Source: Vicugna vicugna
Lineage: Eukaryota
DNA: 64,000 nucleotides
Reading direction: 5' to 3'
NCBI GenBank assembly: GCA_013265495.1
Contig: MU063211.1
Location: 124,001-188,000, forward strand
Under the pieces are notes generated by a model that saw only the letters and a program-made list of their open reading frames with translations, did not search any database and was not told the DNA's origin. This document shows positions 10,961 through 22,100 of this stretch, one piece after another (the stretch's first letter is position 1; every line of letters starts with the position of its first letter). The position numbers and the translations under genes are program-made.

Positions 10961-13900
10961 CGCTGACGCCTGACCCACTTCCTCGCCCCCAGGTGTCGGC
11001 ACCGGGACACTGCCCGTGTGTGGGGACGGTCATCCCCCACTGCGGCTGCGGTGCTTTGACCCGAGCAGGCAGGTGCCTGGGAGCCGCGTGATCGAATTTC
11101 TAGAGCCTTGTTGCTGCCCTGCGGCCTTCCGGATGGAGGAAGCCCCGGCCCCAGGCTGAGGGAGGCTCTGGAGCTGGGTCAGCAGAGGGTTCTGACCCAC
11201 AGCCTCCCAGCTCCTCTGGTGCCGGGGTCACCTCGGGAAGTGTACCTCTGGGGGGCAGCTCCGGCTCCAGGTGAAGGCTGTGGCCACTTGTCCTGGCCCC
11301 AGGGCCACTCCCACCGCCCCCTCTGACTTCCGCAGGGTTGACGGGGATCCATCCAGCCGTTCCTTCCATCTTACAACCATTCCTTGAGCAAATATGGATC
11401 TGGGGCTGACTCCTCGAAAGCCGACCATGAACAAGACAGGCAGAGTGACTGCGTGATAGGGCCAAGTCCACGCGGAGGTAGAGGCACCCAAACACTTAGG
11501 GCAGACGTCCACTCCGCAGGCGGCGAAGTCCGCAGGAAGTCTCGTGGGCCAGAAGGGCCTCTCTGATGGGCATGGGGAGGTGCTTTCCAAGGCAGGGCCA
11601 AGGTGGGGCGTCAAGCGTGGGCTGAGCGGCCCCAGGCTTGCATTTCTGCATTCTGGCAGCCGGAGGGGAACGTGGGGAGGGGGAGCAGGCCGGCCACCTG
11701 GAACCGTCCACATGGTAGGGACGGCGGGGGCGGGGCTGGCCAGCCCTCTCGCCCCGCCAACCCAGGAGTGACCGTGCTGACCTCCCTGCTCACACGAGAG
11801 CCTGCGAAGCCCCGTTTTCTAGATCCTCCGAGATGTTCGTCCACGAGGGGGGCGGGGCGGGGCCTGGGGACCAGGGAGGGTGCGTCTGAGGCAGACGGCC
11901 CAAGGACGCCAGTGGGGCACCTGGGTGAGGACTGCAGGACCCTCAGATGGGATGTGTCCCCCGCCTCCGGCCAGGCCCGCACCAGACTCTCCAGCCAAAG
12001 TCGCTTCGTTGGGGAGACGTGAGAGGCAAAGCGCAGGCAAGAGGCCCTGGCCCCCGGACACTCTGCTTCTGGGCGCGGCCCCAGGGAGAGCAAGCAATGC
12101 CCCAGGGGTCTTACAGGGGCTCTGAGAGCCCGAGGAGAGGGGCTGCTCTGCCTGCGTGGAGCCAATTGAGAACCAATACACTCCCCCCCGGGGATGTGCT
12201 GTGCGGGAAGAGGCGTGATTAAGGCCCGAGCAGCTGTCGGAGGCGTGTGCAGCCCAGGAAGCCAGGGTTCTAACTAGTAATTAGGCCCTCTCTGCAGAGC
12301 CACGCCAAGCAGACAAGGACATCCTGACCTGAGTCCCGAGAGGTAAGGGGACGCAGCCTGATTTTCGGAAACAGTAACGGCTTCTGTCAAAGCTGCTTGG
12401 ATGAAAGGACGGCGGGAGGCTCGGACAGGAGGAGGGCCCAGGTCTCTGCTCCCGAACCCGCCAGGGCCTGGAGCCGCAGAGTTGGTGGCTTTTCTGGGGT
12501 GAGCACACGGCCAGCACAGTGACGAGCTGTCTGGAAGGGGCGCAGAGCATTGCAAAGACCTCCCTGGTCCACAGGACAGGCGAGCTGGGAGACAGGGCCG
12601 GCGGCATGCCCGCCCGACTCCAGGGAAGGGAGAGATCCTGGGCCAGCAGCCCCGACGCTGGGCGGCCCCCCAGAACCCCAGGGGTGAGCTGCCCTGCCCT
12701 GTGTCACCAAATCTTAGAACTTTGCAGCTGGCCTGCCCTGGGGACCAACTTCCCCTACAGGAAAAAGAACGTGGGGCGAGAGGAAGGCCGTGTCCCAGGT
12801 CCCGCCGCGTCCCCGGGACACACCCGCCATGTGAGTGCCCCTGGACTCCCACGGGAAGCAGCTCATCAGTGAGCCACAGCTGAGTGGAAGGGGGCTCACT
12901 CAGAGATGCACGCTCTGTACATGGGGTGCAGGCCGGCTCACTCAGCCGGGGCACCGCCGGGAGGCGCGGGGAGACTGGATTTATGGGCTTGGTAGCTTCA
13001 GATGCTGACAAGTGGGGGTTATCGAAGCTGCTATGGGGAGGAGTGGGGATCCCAGGGACGGGGCCGCCCCTGCCCCTGCGCCGTTTCCAGTCAGCCCGGC
13101 GTGGCCCTGGCCCCGGAGGGGACCCGTTAGCAGCTGCTGTGTTTCAGCAAGCCTGTGCCGGAGCGCAAGGGTACTGGGCGTGGAACCTTCCACCCCCTTC
13201 GGGCCGATGGCTGTCATTCCTTTAATGGCTGCGCCCTGCCCCCTCCCTCCTGCCTCACCCCAGCCTCCTGGTTCCCAAAGAGGGTAGCTGAGGCCAAGAG
13301 CAGCGTGAGTGGGTCGCGCAGGGGCTGGTGGCCGAGCCGGGACGAGGGCCTGGGGCTGCTGGTTCTCTGTCTGAGACTCCCATGAGGTGCTAACAGTCGT
13401 GAGCGCTTACTGACAAAGACACGGAGTGAGTTCCTTCCAAGGGACTTCTGTGGCTTTTAAAAAGCCCGAAGTCACGATGTCTGGAACCCAGTCTAGAGGA
13501 CGCTGGCTGCAGTATCCCGAGGGGGCGCCCTCACTTCCGCTACCGCCCCGCCCACAGACCCCCAGCGCCACCACTCCCCCCGCCCCCGGCCCCGGCTCTC
13601 CCAGCTCCCTCTGCCCGGCGGGGTGATGGTTCCTGGGCAATAAGGCCTTCCCCAGCTGGGCTGCAAGCACCTGGTGTTGCTGACAGTGACAGCGGTGGCC
13701 GGTGTCTGGGTCCTTGTCCCGCCCCAGAAGGAATTCAGAGGCAAGGCTCGGCGGTTAAGAAAGTAAAAGGATTATTAAGGGATGGACGGCACACTCTCGG
13801 GGGAGCGGCTGCCCTGAGCTTCTTTGGCAAGTTGGTACACAGGGTGTAAAATGAATGGGCGGAATATTCACTGGGGAGGGAATGGCTTGGGGTCGGTTCC

Positions 13901-14570
13901 CTGACTTTCTTCCCAACACCCTCTTCCCAAAGGGAGGAGGGATTTCTGTCCTCATTCAGTCTGGGTCGGAAGTGCCGTGGCGTCGGTGCGTGCCGGGTGC
14001 CTGCGAGCTGCAAGGCTGGTTTTATTGAGATGAGGGTGTAATGAGCAAAAGGTCACATTCGGACCCTGGAGATTCCTACCTTTTCTCGCCTTCCTTTGTT
14101 GGCTCCGGCCAGTCTTCACCCCAAAGCTATGGCCAGTTACCAGCCCAGGGGTTCCTGCTTTCCCTTCTCTGCCCAGGGACCCCGGTGCTCACATGACGTG
14201 TGGTTTCCTGTGTGTGGCCGGGGTCCCTCCTTTCTGCCCATTCCTGCCGCTTGGCCCGCGTCCTCCCTTCTCCGTCACACCCAGCTGTCTGCTCTGACGC
14301 AGGACAGGTCGCGTGTAGCTGTTTTGCCTCCACCTCGGCCGGGCCCCCTGCCCATCACGTGGTCGTCAGGTTCCCAGGCACGGAGCGGGAGACCGGGGCC
14401 CGGAGAAGTTACCACTCTGCCTCCACCCCGCAGACGTGGCTCAGCTCGGACTCAGCTCACGGTCCCTCTGACTCTGACATGTGATGGTGACCATGACCGT
14501 GAACAGGCCCCACGAACCGGGGGATGCTGGCTACCCGCACGAGTATGCTGCAGACTCACACCCACGGTGT

Positions 14571-14620
14571 CCACACACACACTCACACACGTTCACACAC
14601 ACACACACACACACACTCAC
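14571..14620. repeat. (CA)n microsatellite
   Basis: ccacacacacactcacacacgttcacacacacacacacacacacactcac. Confidence 0.95.
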
Positions 14621-15499
14621 ATCTGCGGGCGCCTCTTCCCAACAGCTCATCCTGGGGCGTAACTGCTCCCCAAGGTGCCAGAAATAAAGTGAAGAACTTC
14701 CCGTGAGCGGCTGCGATGCTGAAGAGACCTGTTCCAAATGGGGAGAGTTGGCCGCCCAGGGCCTCCACCCTCGCTGTTGAAGTGGAATCTGCTGACGCAC
14801 CAGAGGAACAGAAATAAAACGACTGCAAGTGAGAACGAGAGCAGGTAACGAGCACACGGCAGCAGCTGCACCGCGGCGGCGGCCAGGGGGCGGCGCGCGG
14901 GTGATGCTGGGCGGGGGCTCGGCCACACGGTGGCTTCACGGGGCCTTGGGACAGGCACCTCCTGGGACCCTCCGAGGCACCGGCCACAGCCGTCTTTGAG
15001 GCCTCAGACCCACGTCAGCCAGTCTGAGACAGGACAACGTGGGGGAGGGCGCGGCGTGTCCCAGGGCCCGGCCCCGCCACGTGAGGGTCCTTGGCTTCCC
15101 GCAGGAAGGCGTCCAGGAGCCAGCCGCAGTCCAGTGGGGGTGGATTTACTCAGAGACACACGCTCCACAGACAAAGCGCAGCCTCCCAGAGACCAGAGAG
15201 GGGTCCGTGCAGAGCGGGGGCTGGCGTTTATGGGCTGAGGACCGTTGTAGGCTGACAGGTGCGGGGGCGGGGATCCCCAGGAGTCGGGCTGCCGCCGCCC
15301 ATGTCCTGGCCTCTCCTGGTCGGCCCGGGCCGTCCTGGCGCCCGTGGGGGCCTGTCCCACGCTGACGTAGTGCAGTGAGCGCATCGTGCAGCTCAGGGTC
15401 ACAGGGAGTCGCCGCTCCCGTTGCTGTGTCACTCCCTGAGTGGCTGTGCCCTGCCCCTCCCGCCTGTCTCCAGGCCACCACCAGCACGCGCTGCAGAGC

Positions 15500-15856
15500 G
15501 CTCGGGGCTGGGTGGCTCGGTTGTTGTAACAGACCGGGCGGCTCAAACAACAGGCTTTTGGGGCCTCGCATCCTGGAGGCTGGATGTCCAGGACCCAGGT
15601 GACGGCGGCCTGTCTCCTGGGCTTGCAGACGGCCGCCTTCTCCCTGTGTCCTCGCGTGCTCGCCCCTCTGCGCCCGTCTGTGTCCACGTCTCCCCCTTTG
15701 TAGACGACAGCAGTCAGGCCGGATCAGGCCCCACGCTAATGGCCTTTAAGTCAATGACCTCTGTAAAGACCCTGCCTCCTGACGCAGGCACTTCCTGAGG
15801 TCCTGGGGGTCGGGACTGCAGCCCATGAAGTTTAGGGGGACACGGCTCAGCCCCAC
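15500..15856 (-). mobile_element. MaLR LTR (MLT1A-C-like)
   Basis: ctcaaacaacagg...ctggaggctggatgtccagg...cttctccctgtgtcctc...ggggacacggctcagccc follows the antisense MLT1 layout. Confidence 0.8.
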
Positions 15857-16869
15857 TGCTCCCCTCACCCTGCCTTTCCTCGGCCCCCCAGTCCTCTCAC
15901 TCACGTGATAACCGTCACCCACGCCTCTTGCGTGTGGCGCTGGAAGGGCAGCCGTGGCCCGCAGGTGCCCCGCCTCTGGTGGACGTGAGGGCGGAGGACG
16001 GCTGCGCCACAGCAGGGTCGGAGCCAGCCCGCCCCGTCGGCCATGCAGCCCTGGGGCGCCACCCCTTAGGGACTGGCCTGTAGCGAGCTCTTTGAATGTT
16101 CGTTAATTCAGGATTGCATCCCTGGGCAGCTGCTAGCAGGACCAGTCTGCCCCTCGGGCAGTTCACAGGCACCAGGACAAAGGGGGCAGCTCCAAGACCT
16201 GAGAGCAAGGTGGGTGCCGAGCCCCGGGGAGCAGAGCTGGCAGCCGCCCTTGCTGCCCCAGAGCCTCGGGGGAGGACACATGCTGCACGTGGAGGGTGAT
16301 CTACAGCATGTGCCCTTGGACCCAGCACCCAGCCCCTCGAAGGGCATCTCAGGAGATTGTCGGACGAAGGCACAAGGGTGTGATGGGGGACAACCCCCAA
16401 ATTCTGGGGGCTTCTCCCAACACAAAATCCACGCAGCCTCTCAGGGACCCAGGCCTCCGGCCTCAGGGCTCCACCCTCCTTGGTACAGCCAGCAAGAGAG
16501 GGCGGGGGCCGCCCGTGGGCTTATGGCTGACCTGGAAGTGGAACGCATCGCCTCACCCCCGCCCCGAGTCCGGCTGGCCAGACTCCTGCACGCCGTCACA
16601 CCCGACCCAAGGATGCCGGGGAGGTGGTTGCATGTGCCCTGGAGGAGGAGCGCACGGGTAGAGGACCAGCCACCCCTGACGTGACAGTCACGTGAAGTCT
16701 GTCTAGACTAATTTGACGTTAACCCCAACTGGAGCGTCCAGTGAACCATGCATCTAGTGGCGGCATCAGACGCTCATCCGACATCCATTTACTCCTCAGT
16801 CTCCAGGACCCCACCCTGTGGGAGACACAACCCAAGCCCTAAAAGTGTAGGTGTTTACACCCACAAGCA

Positions 16870-17994
16870 TAAGTAGCATGCAGAGATACAGGAGGAGCTT
16901 CACAAAAACATACGTGCATCTACATTTCCTTTGGCAACTGTCCCTTCGAGAGATGGAGCTCATCTCCGTCCCCTCGACGCAGGCTGGCCTTGGGGACCAG
17001 TGGTCTAAGGAGCTGAACGTGGATGATGTGATGGAGAGGACTCCTGAGACGTGGCTGGAAATGGAGTTGCAGCCTCCTCCTTTTTAAAAGAAAAATATAT
17101 ATATATATATTATTGAAGTCCGTTTACTTACACGTTGTGTTGATTTCTAGTGCACAGCAAAGTGATTCAGTTCCACGTGCAGATACACACTACACATATG
17201 TTATTTTTCGTATTTTTCCCTTGTGGTTATTGTAGGACTTTCAGTGTGGCTCCCTGTGCTCTGCAGCAGGACCGTGCTGTTTATCTGTCTTATGTACAGT
17301 AGTTTGTGTCTGCAAATCCCAAGCTACTGACTCATCCCTCCCCACCCCTTCTCCCCGGTGGCAACCGGGAGCTTATTTTCCATGTCTGTGAGTGGGTTTC
17401 TGTTTTGTACATAGATTCAGTTGTGTCATATTTTAGATTCCACATGTAAGTGATACTTGCCTTTCTCTGCCTGGCTTACCTCACTTATGTGACAATCTCT
17501 CGGTCCATCCACGTTGTGGCAAATGGCATTATTTTGCTGACTTTTATGGCTGAGGAGTATCCCGTTGTGTGTATATAACCAGACCTTCTTTACCCAGCCG
17601 TCTGTCGGCGGACATGTAGGCGCCCCCACGCCTCGGCTGCTGTAAATCATGCTGCACTGGTTCTTTTTTTGCATCTCCTCCTTGATTCCTCTCTTGGACC
17701 GTTCATGCTTGGGAGGCCACCTGCCCTGGGCTGAGTTCAGCTGAACAGCCCTACTGAGAGGCCCCCGCCACATGGTGCGCCATCTTGGAAGCGGCTTCCC
17801 AGCCCTGGCCAGGCCTTCGCATGGTGCAGCCCGGCTGCCACCTTGACTGCAGCCTCGGGAGAGACAGGAGGCAGAAGCCTTCCTTTAAGCTGCTGTTGAA
17901 TTCGTGTCCCACAGAAACTGCGAGATGGGGGATGTCTGTCGTTAGAGCCTCCACATTTTGGGGTAACTTGTTACACAGCAGTAGGTGACTAACA
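16870..17994 (+). mobile_element. MaLR LTR (MLT1F/G-like), split by an L1 insertion
   Basis: 5' part: ccttggcaactgtcccttcgagagatggagctc...ggctggccttgggg. 3' part: gccatcttggaagcgg...cccacagaaactgcgagat...ttttggggtaacttgttacacagcagtaggtgactaaca. Confidence 0.7.
17090..17660 (-). mobile_element. 5'-truncated, comparatively young LINE-1 3' end
   Basis: (AT)n tail, then tattgaag...gatttctagtgcacagcaaagtgattcagtt...ttagattccacatgtaagtgata...gcaaatggcattattttg, the typical cetartiodactyl L1 3' UTR antisense. Confidence 0.9.
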
Positions 17995-19439
17995 CCATCT
18001 TTGCAAAGTGAAGGGCCAAGACTCTGACTCTGCCGTGCCCTCTCTCGCCTCTGTGTCCACACAGAGCAGAATTCTGAGAACCCCCTGGCTGGACTCAGGG
18101 AGTCAACTGACCAGCTGGGTGTAAAACCCAGCCACAGTCTCGCAGGGCCTCTCGGGGCAGGTCTGTGGCACCAGGGTCTCCCCAGCTCTCCAGCCGGCAC
18201 CTTCCGAGGCCCTCAGTCTGAACATGGGTCTCGGGGAATCATCGTAGCTATGGCTTCTCACATCTGAGCCAGCGAGAGCCCTCAACACATCCTCACGGGA
18301 CAAGCAGAGAAACGCAGGTATGAAGGCGCCCCTCTGTTCTGTAAGCTTCTATGACTAATACGCATGACCTTTAAAACTGGGGCAACAAAGTATCTAAAAG
18401 CGAGTGGGCTGATCCAGCGATGCCACACGAGCAGGAGACTCTGTGGCATGGCAGCTCCGAGCACTGGCTCCCAGGAGCCGCCTGGAGAGCCGGGCCCTGT
18501 CCGTGCCGCCAGCTCCTCCCCGACCCCCGCTGACTCCCGGCATGCGGCTTGTTTTCCTGCAGTCCTTAGGGGGATCGGAAATTGGCTCAAGAGCCAGTGA
18601 GTCCATGTGGACTGGGAATGGCTAAAACGCTGTTAATGGAGCTGGATGGACTGTCCGCCCATCCCTGGACCGTCCCCCCTGCTAATGGGCCTTTCTGGAA
18701 AGGCCACTCAGGGCTGGTCCCGATGCCCCATGATGGGCCAGTCAGGTGCTTAATGGCCTGAGGCCACAGTGTGTTTAAGAACCACTTTCCCAGACTCGTT
18801 TCCCTTGCTGGCCTGCCTGGTCCACGGCCTTGCTCTGAGGGGTGGAGGGAAGGAGGCGGGCAGAAGCACCCGGTGGCGGCCTGGAGCCTGATCAGCCTGC
18901 CCCACTCACCTGCCACGGCCCTGAGCAGGGACAGTGGCGGTGCAGGGCAGGGCGGGCAGCGTCACCAGGGACCTGGGCTGGTCACTGCCCGGGAAGAACC
19001 CCAGGCCCACCTTTCACGTCCTGATCTCTTCGTCCTCCGAGACATGAGGCTGTGGGCTCTGGAGACGCCCTGTGAGGGATGGTCCAGGGGCCGGCTTGGG
19101 GGCCAGACACAGCGACGTGAAAACGATAGATGCACCCCCAGGTGCTCCCCAGCTTTGGGTGGGGCTGGAGGGGGTGGCGGCGAAGGAGCCCAGCCCAGGG
19201 AGAACGGTGACTTTGAGGGGAAAGCGTCGCCATGCTGCCCCCATCACTGCCCCTCCTGGGGCGGAGCCGGTGGAGGGACTGGGCGGCTGGTGTCCTGAGC
19301 CTGGGGTCCCTCCACGAGAACACTGGGGGCAACACAGCCCTCTCGGAGCTGCCCGAGGACGGGAGGAGATGGCACTGAACACAGCAGAGCCCCTCCACCC
19401 AGGCTGGGCATCAGTTTAAAGAGACAGGCTGAAGTGCTG

Positions 19440-20230
19440 CTCAGCGGTGCTGACTGCGACCCCCGCCCCGACCCTGATGGGCACTCGGCCCCGCGCTCAC
19501 CCCGGCGAGTTGGGCTGGAGGACTGGGCCGGCCTCCAAGCACCCGGCTCTCCGGCCCGGGGTTTCTCCACCACGGCGAGAAAGGGAACAACTCCCTCAAT
19601 TTATAAAAAGCGTGTCCGTGGGCAGGAGGCGGCCAGGCGTGGGCAGCGCTGACAGCTCGTGGGACGAGGACCGGGAGGACGCGCGGCCCGCCCGCCGGAC
19701 CCGCACTCAAGGGCGCCCGACGCGCAGCCCCAGCACGACCGGCCGGTCCAGGGACCCCGTCGCCCGACTGACCGAGGCAGGAGGGGCTGCGGGGAGCCAC
19801 ATGCTTTTCCTAGCGCTGCCTCCTCCGTGTTCCAGTTTTTCACAGGGCTAAATTCGGCTTCCTTTTCCTTAAAAAGTAAAAAAGGAGACGTACTTGGGCC
19901 AAGTCTCTGTTACGCACATTCTCTCATAGCCGACCTCAAAGCTGTGCTTCTCAAAAAGCAAACTGCTCTGCACAGGAGGTCGGTGATGAGAAAGGGGAAG
20001 CGAGGCCCGATTCCAGCACAGCCTCGGCGGCACGACTTGTCCCCCCGCCCCCGGGTCCCCCCGTGCGGGCACAAGGGACGCCGCCGCGTCCCAGCTCCAG
20101 CGCAGCGGCCCTGCCCGGTGCGGAGCCCGCCCCGCCCTCCCGCCCCAGCGCAGAGGCGAGGTCACCCTGCAGTTCGTCGCCACGTTTGATTCTGCGACGC
20201 GAAACGAGCTGGCATCCTGCCAGCCTAGCG
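19440..20230 (+). promoter_or_regulatory. CpG-island-like segment with a consensus TATA box
   Basis: TATAAAAAG at 19602-19610 (TATAWAWR) inside very CpG-dense non-repeat sequence, with a GC box ggggcggggg on the opposite strand upstream. Confidence 0.4.
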
Positions 20231-20509
20231 GGCAGAAAGTGGGCCGGGCCCTCACCCACCGGCTTTCACTTGATAATTGTGCCAAATCAGACGCTTGCCG
20301 TCTGTCCTAGAGGGACATGAGGGCCACGTGGAGGTGAGCTGTGGGAAGCCAAGCCTCCAGCCACGCCAGAGGGCACTCCGGGCCTCTGGGGGCCTCCTGG
20401 GCCTGGACCGTGTCTGATGAGGAGGGCACGTGAGTTGGGACCCAGTCTGGGAAGGCAGTGGGAAATGATCGTCTCAGAGCCCCTGGGACTCAGTGTCTCG
20501 CTGACGTTG

Positions 20510-20600
20510 CCCAGCGCGGCCCAGAGAGGTAAGGCAATCTCCTAGAGGTCACACAGCAGCTGTGCAGTTGAGGGGAGGCCCGCTGCCAGGCCCCCGTCCC
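20510..20600 (+). mobile_element. MIR core fragment
   Basis: gcccagagaggtaaggcaatctcctagaggtcacacagc resembles the MIR core gcccagagaggttaagtaacttgcccaaggtcacacagc. Confidence 0.6.
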
Positions 20601-21509
20601 GCTCTTCCCAGTACATCTCAGCACCCTCTGGGTCCGGATGCAGAGACTAAAGGCACACGTGGGACCCGGGACAGAGTCCTCTGACTCCCGCCTCGTCTGC
20701 AGGACCTGGAGGGCTCCGTCGTGTGAAAGGTCAGGCCTCAGCGCCTCTGCTGATGGCTGACTTTCAGTCGCCTCCCAGAGTTTCTGCATCTGTCAGAGGG
20801 GAGCTGGTGGCTGCCAGCGCGGGGTGAAATGTGGACGTGGAGATGCTTGGTGAGCCAGTGCGGCTGACACATTCTAAATCCTCCTGATTCTGAGCGTGGC
20901 CCAACTCCAGCACGGCTCTCCTGGGTGTAGACGTGGCCACTGCCACCCGCAGCTCTGCCCTCTGGTAAGGACAGAGGGGTGCAGGCGGGGTGTCAGCCTG
21001 GGACGGGCCTGAGGCAAAGCCGGGCCAGGCAGGGAGGCTGGGAGGGCCAGGCAGGGGGTTTGGATGCCTGGCTTGCCCGCCCAAAGGCCACCTTCTCCCA
21101 GGAGCCTGCCCGGACTCCCTGCGTGCTGGCCTCCCCACCAGCCTTCTTTCGCTCTCCTGGGGGCCTCCCCACACCTGTGAGTTGCAACCCCAGGACTTCG
21201 GACCGTCTCTCTGCCTGCTTCCTGCTTAGGCTCTGCTGCCCGGAGACTCTTGCCCTCGAGGGAGGCGGGGGTGGAGAGGGGAGGGCGGGGGCTGCCCTGC
21301 CTCCTGTGGTGCCTGCTTCTCCTGCTGCCACCAGTGTCCCGTGCAGGACCTGGTCCTCCCTGTGCTCAGGGCGCCTGGGCGTCTCCTGCAGGAGCCGGGG
21401 CTCCCGCGCCTGCTCTCCATTCCTGGTCCTCCTTAGCCACTTGACCGGGAGCCTGGGAGGGTGCAGGCTGGGTCTGATCCGTTCCCATGTTCATCCACTG
21501 ATCACATGT

Positions 21510-21550
21510 GAATGAACGAACAGACGGACGGACGGACGGACGGACGGACG
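21510..21550. repeat. (GACG)7 microsatellite at a probable L2 tail
   Basis: Seven perfect GACG units at 21523-21550, preceded by gaatgaacgaac and an L2-3'-like stretch. Confidence 0.9.
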
Positions 21551-21639
21551 CCTCCGTGGCCGCCCGCCTTGGGCTCCCGCAGCCTGGAGCGCTCATTCGG
21601 TTCTGGAAGGAAGACCTCGAGGCACCTGGTAGGGCTGTC

Positions 21640-22100
21640 TCAGACCTTCAGCCTCCATCAATCTGCTTTTAATGATAAAGTGACATTGAACTACACCCAG
21701 TCTCTGCCTCATTAAATTGAAATTAAGTTGCTCACGGAGACGTTTAAGGTCGACTGAGTTCTTGGCAGCTGCAGGGCCGTGGACACTGGGCTAGGCCGAG
21801 AGGTCCAGTCCGGTGCCTTTGACCCTCAATTTGTAGCCTGAGCACTGCCTGCCCTTCCCCGACGCCCTCCGGATCTTCGGGGGGGACACGGGCCAGCCGC
21901 GACTCTCCGAGCAGCTCTGATGCCGACCCGGGCACAGGGGTGCGACCATTTATCACCCAATTAACAGTGTCAGCAGAGCCGTTATTTAAATGACCAGCCG
22001 CATGTGTAATCCATCTTTGATGAAACCATAATTGTGCTTCCCAGTCGATGAGCGCCCAGGCTCTCCTAAAACCTTCTTGGTATGAGTAATACATGGCGGT
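21640..22100. promoter_or_regulatory. Candidate conserved enhancer (two AT-rich motif-dense blocks)
   Basis: TGATAA 21673, TGACA 21681, TTATCA 21950, CAATTA 21958, TGTCA 21968, TAATCC 22007, CTTTGATG 22015; not repeat-like. Confidence 0.4.

Noticed and set aside
14875-14895. CTCF-like motif (also near 27704 and 58066); imprinting-control-region idea
   Set aside because: Each site mismatches a key core position, G-rich near-matches are common at this GC level, and I saw no repeated CTCF/ZFP57 array, H19 or MEG3 sequence.
18065-18318. Possible internal exon (pyrimidine tract, CAG ... CAG/GTATGA)
   Set aside because: All three frames contain stops, so at most a non-coding exon; unsupported without RNA data.
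19420-19452. REST/RE1-like site (also 35283-35305)
   Set aside because: Only half-site matches, with wrong spacing or several mismatches.
21250-21444. Signal-peptide-like stretch (GLPCLLWCLLLLLPPVSRAG)
   Set aside because: TTG start, short frame, no splice donor identified, and it runs into a probable L2 relic. Probably a chance result of CTG/CTC-rich sequence.
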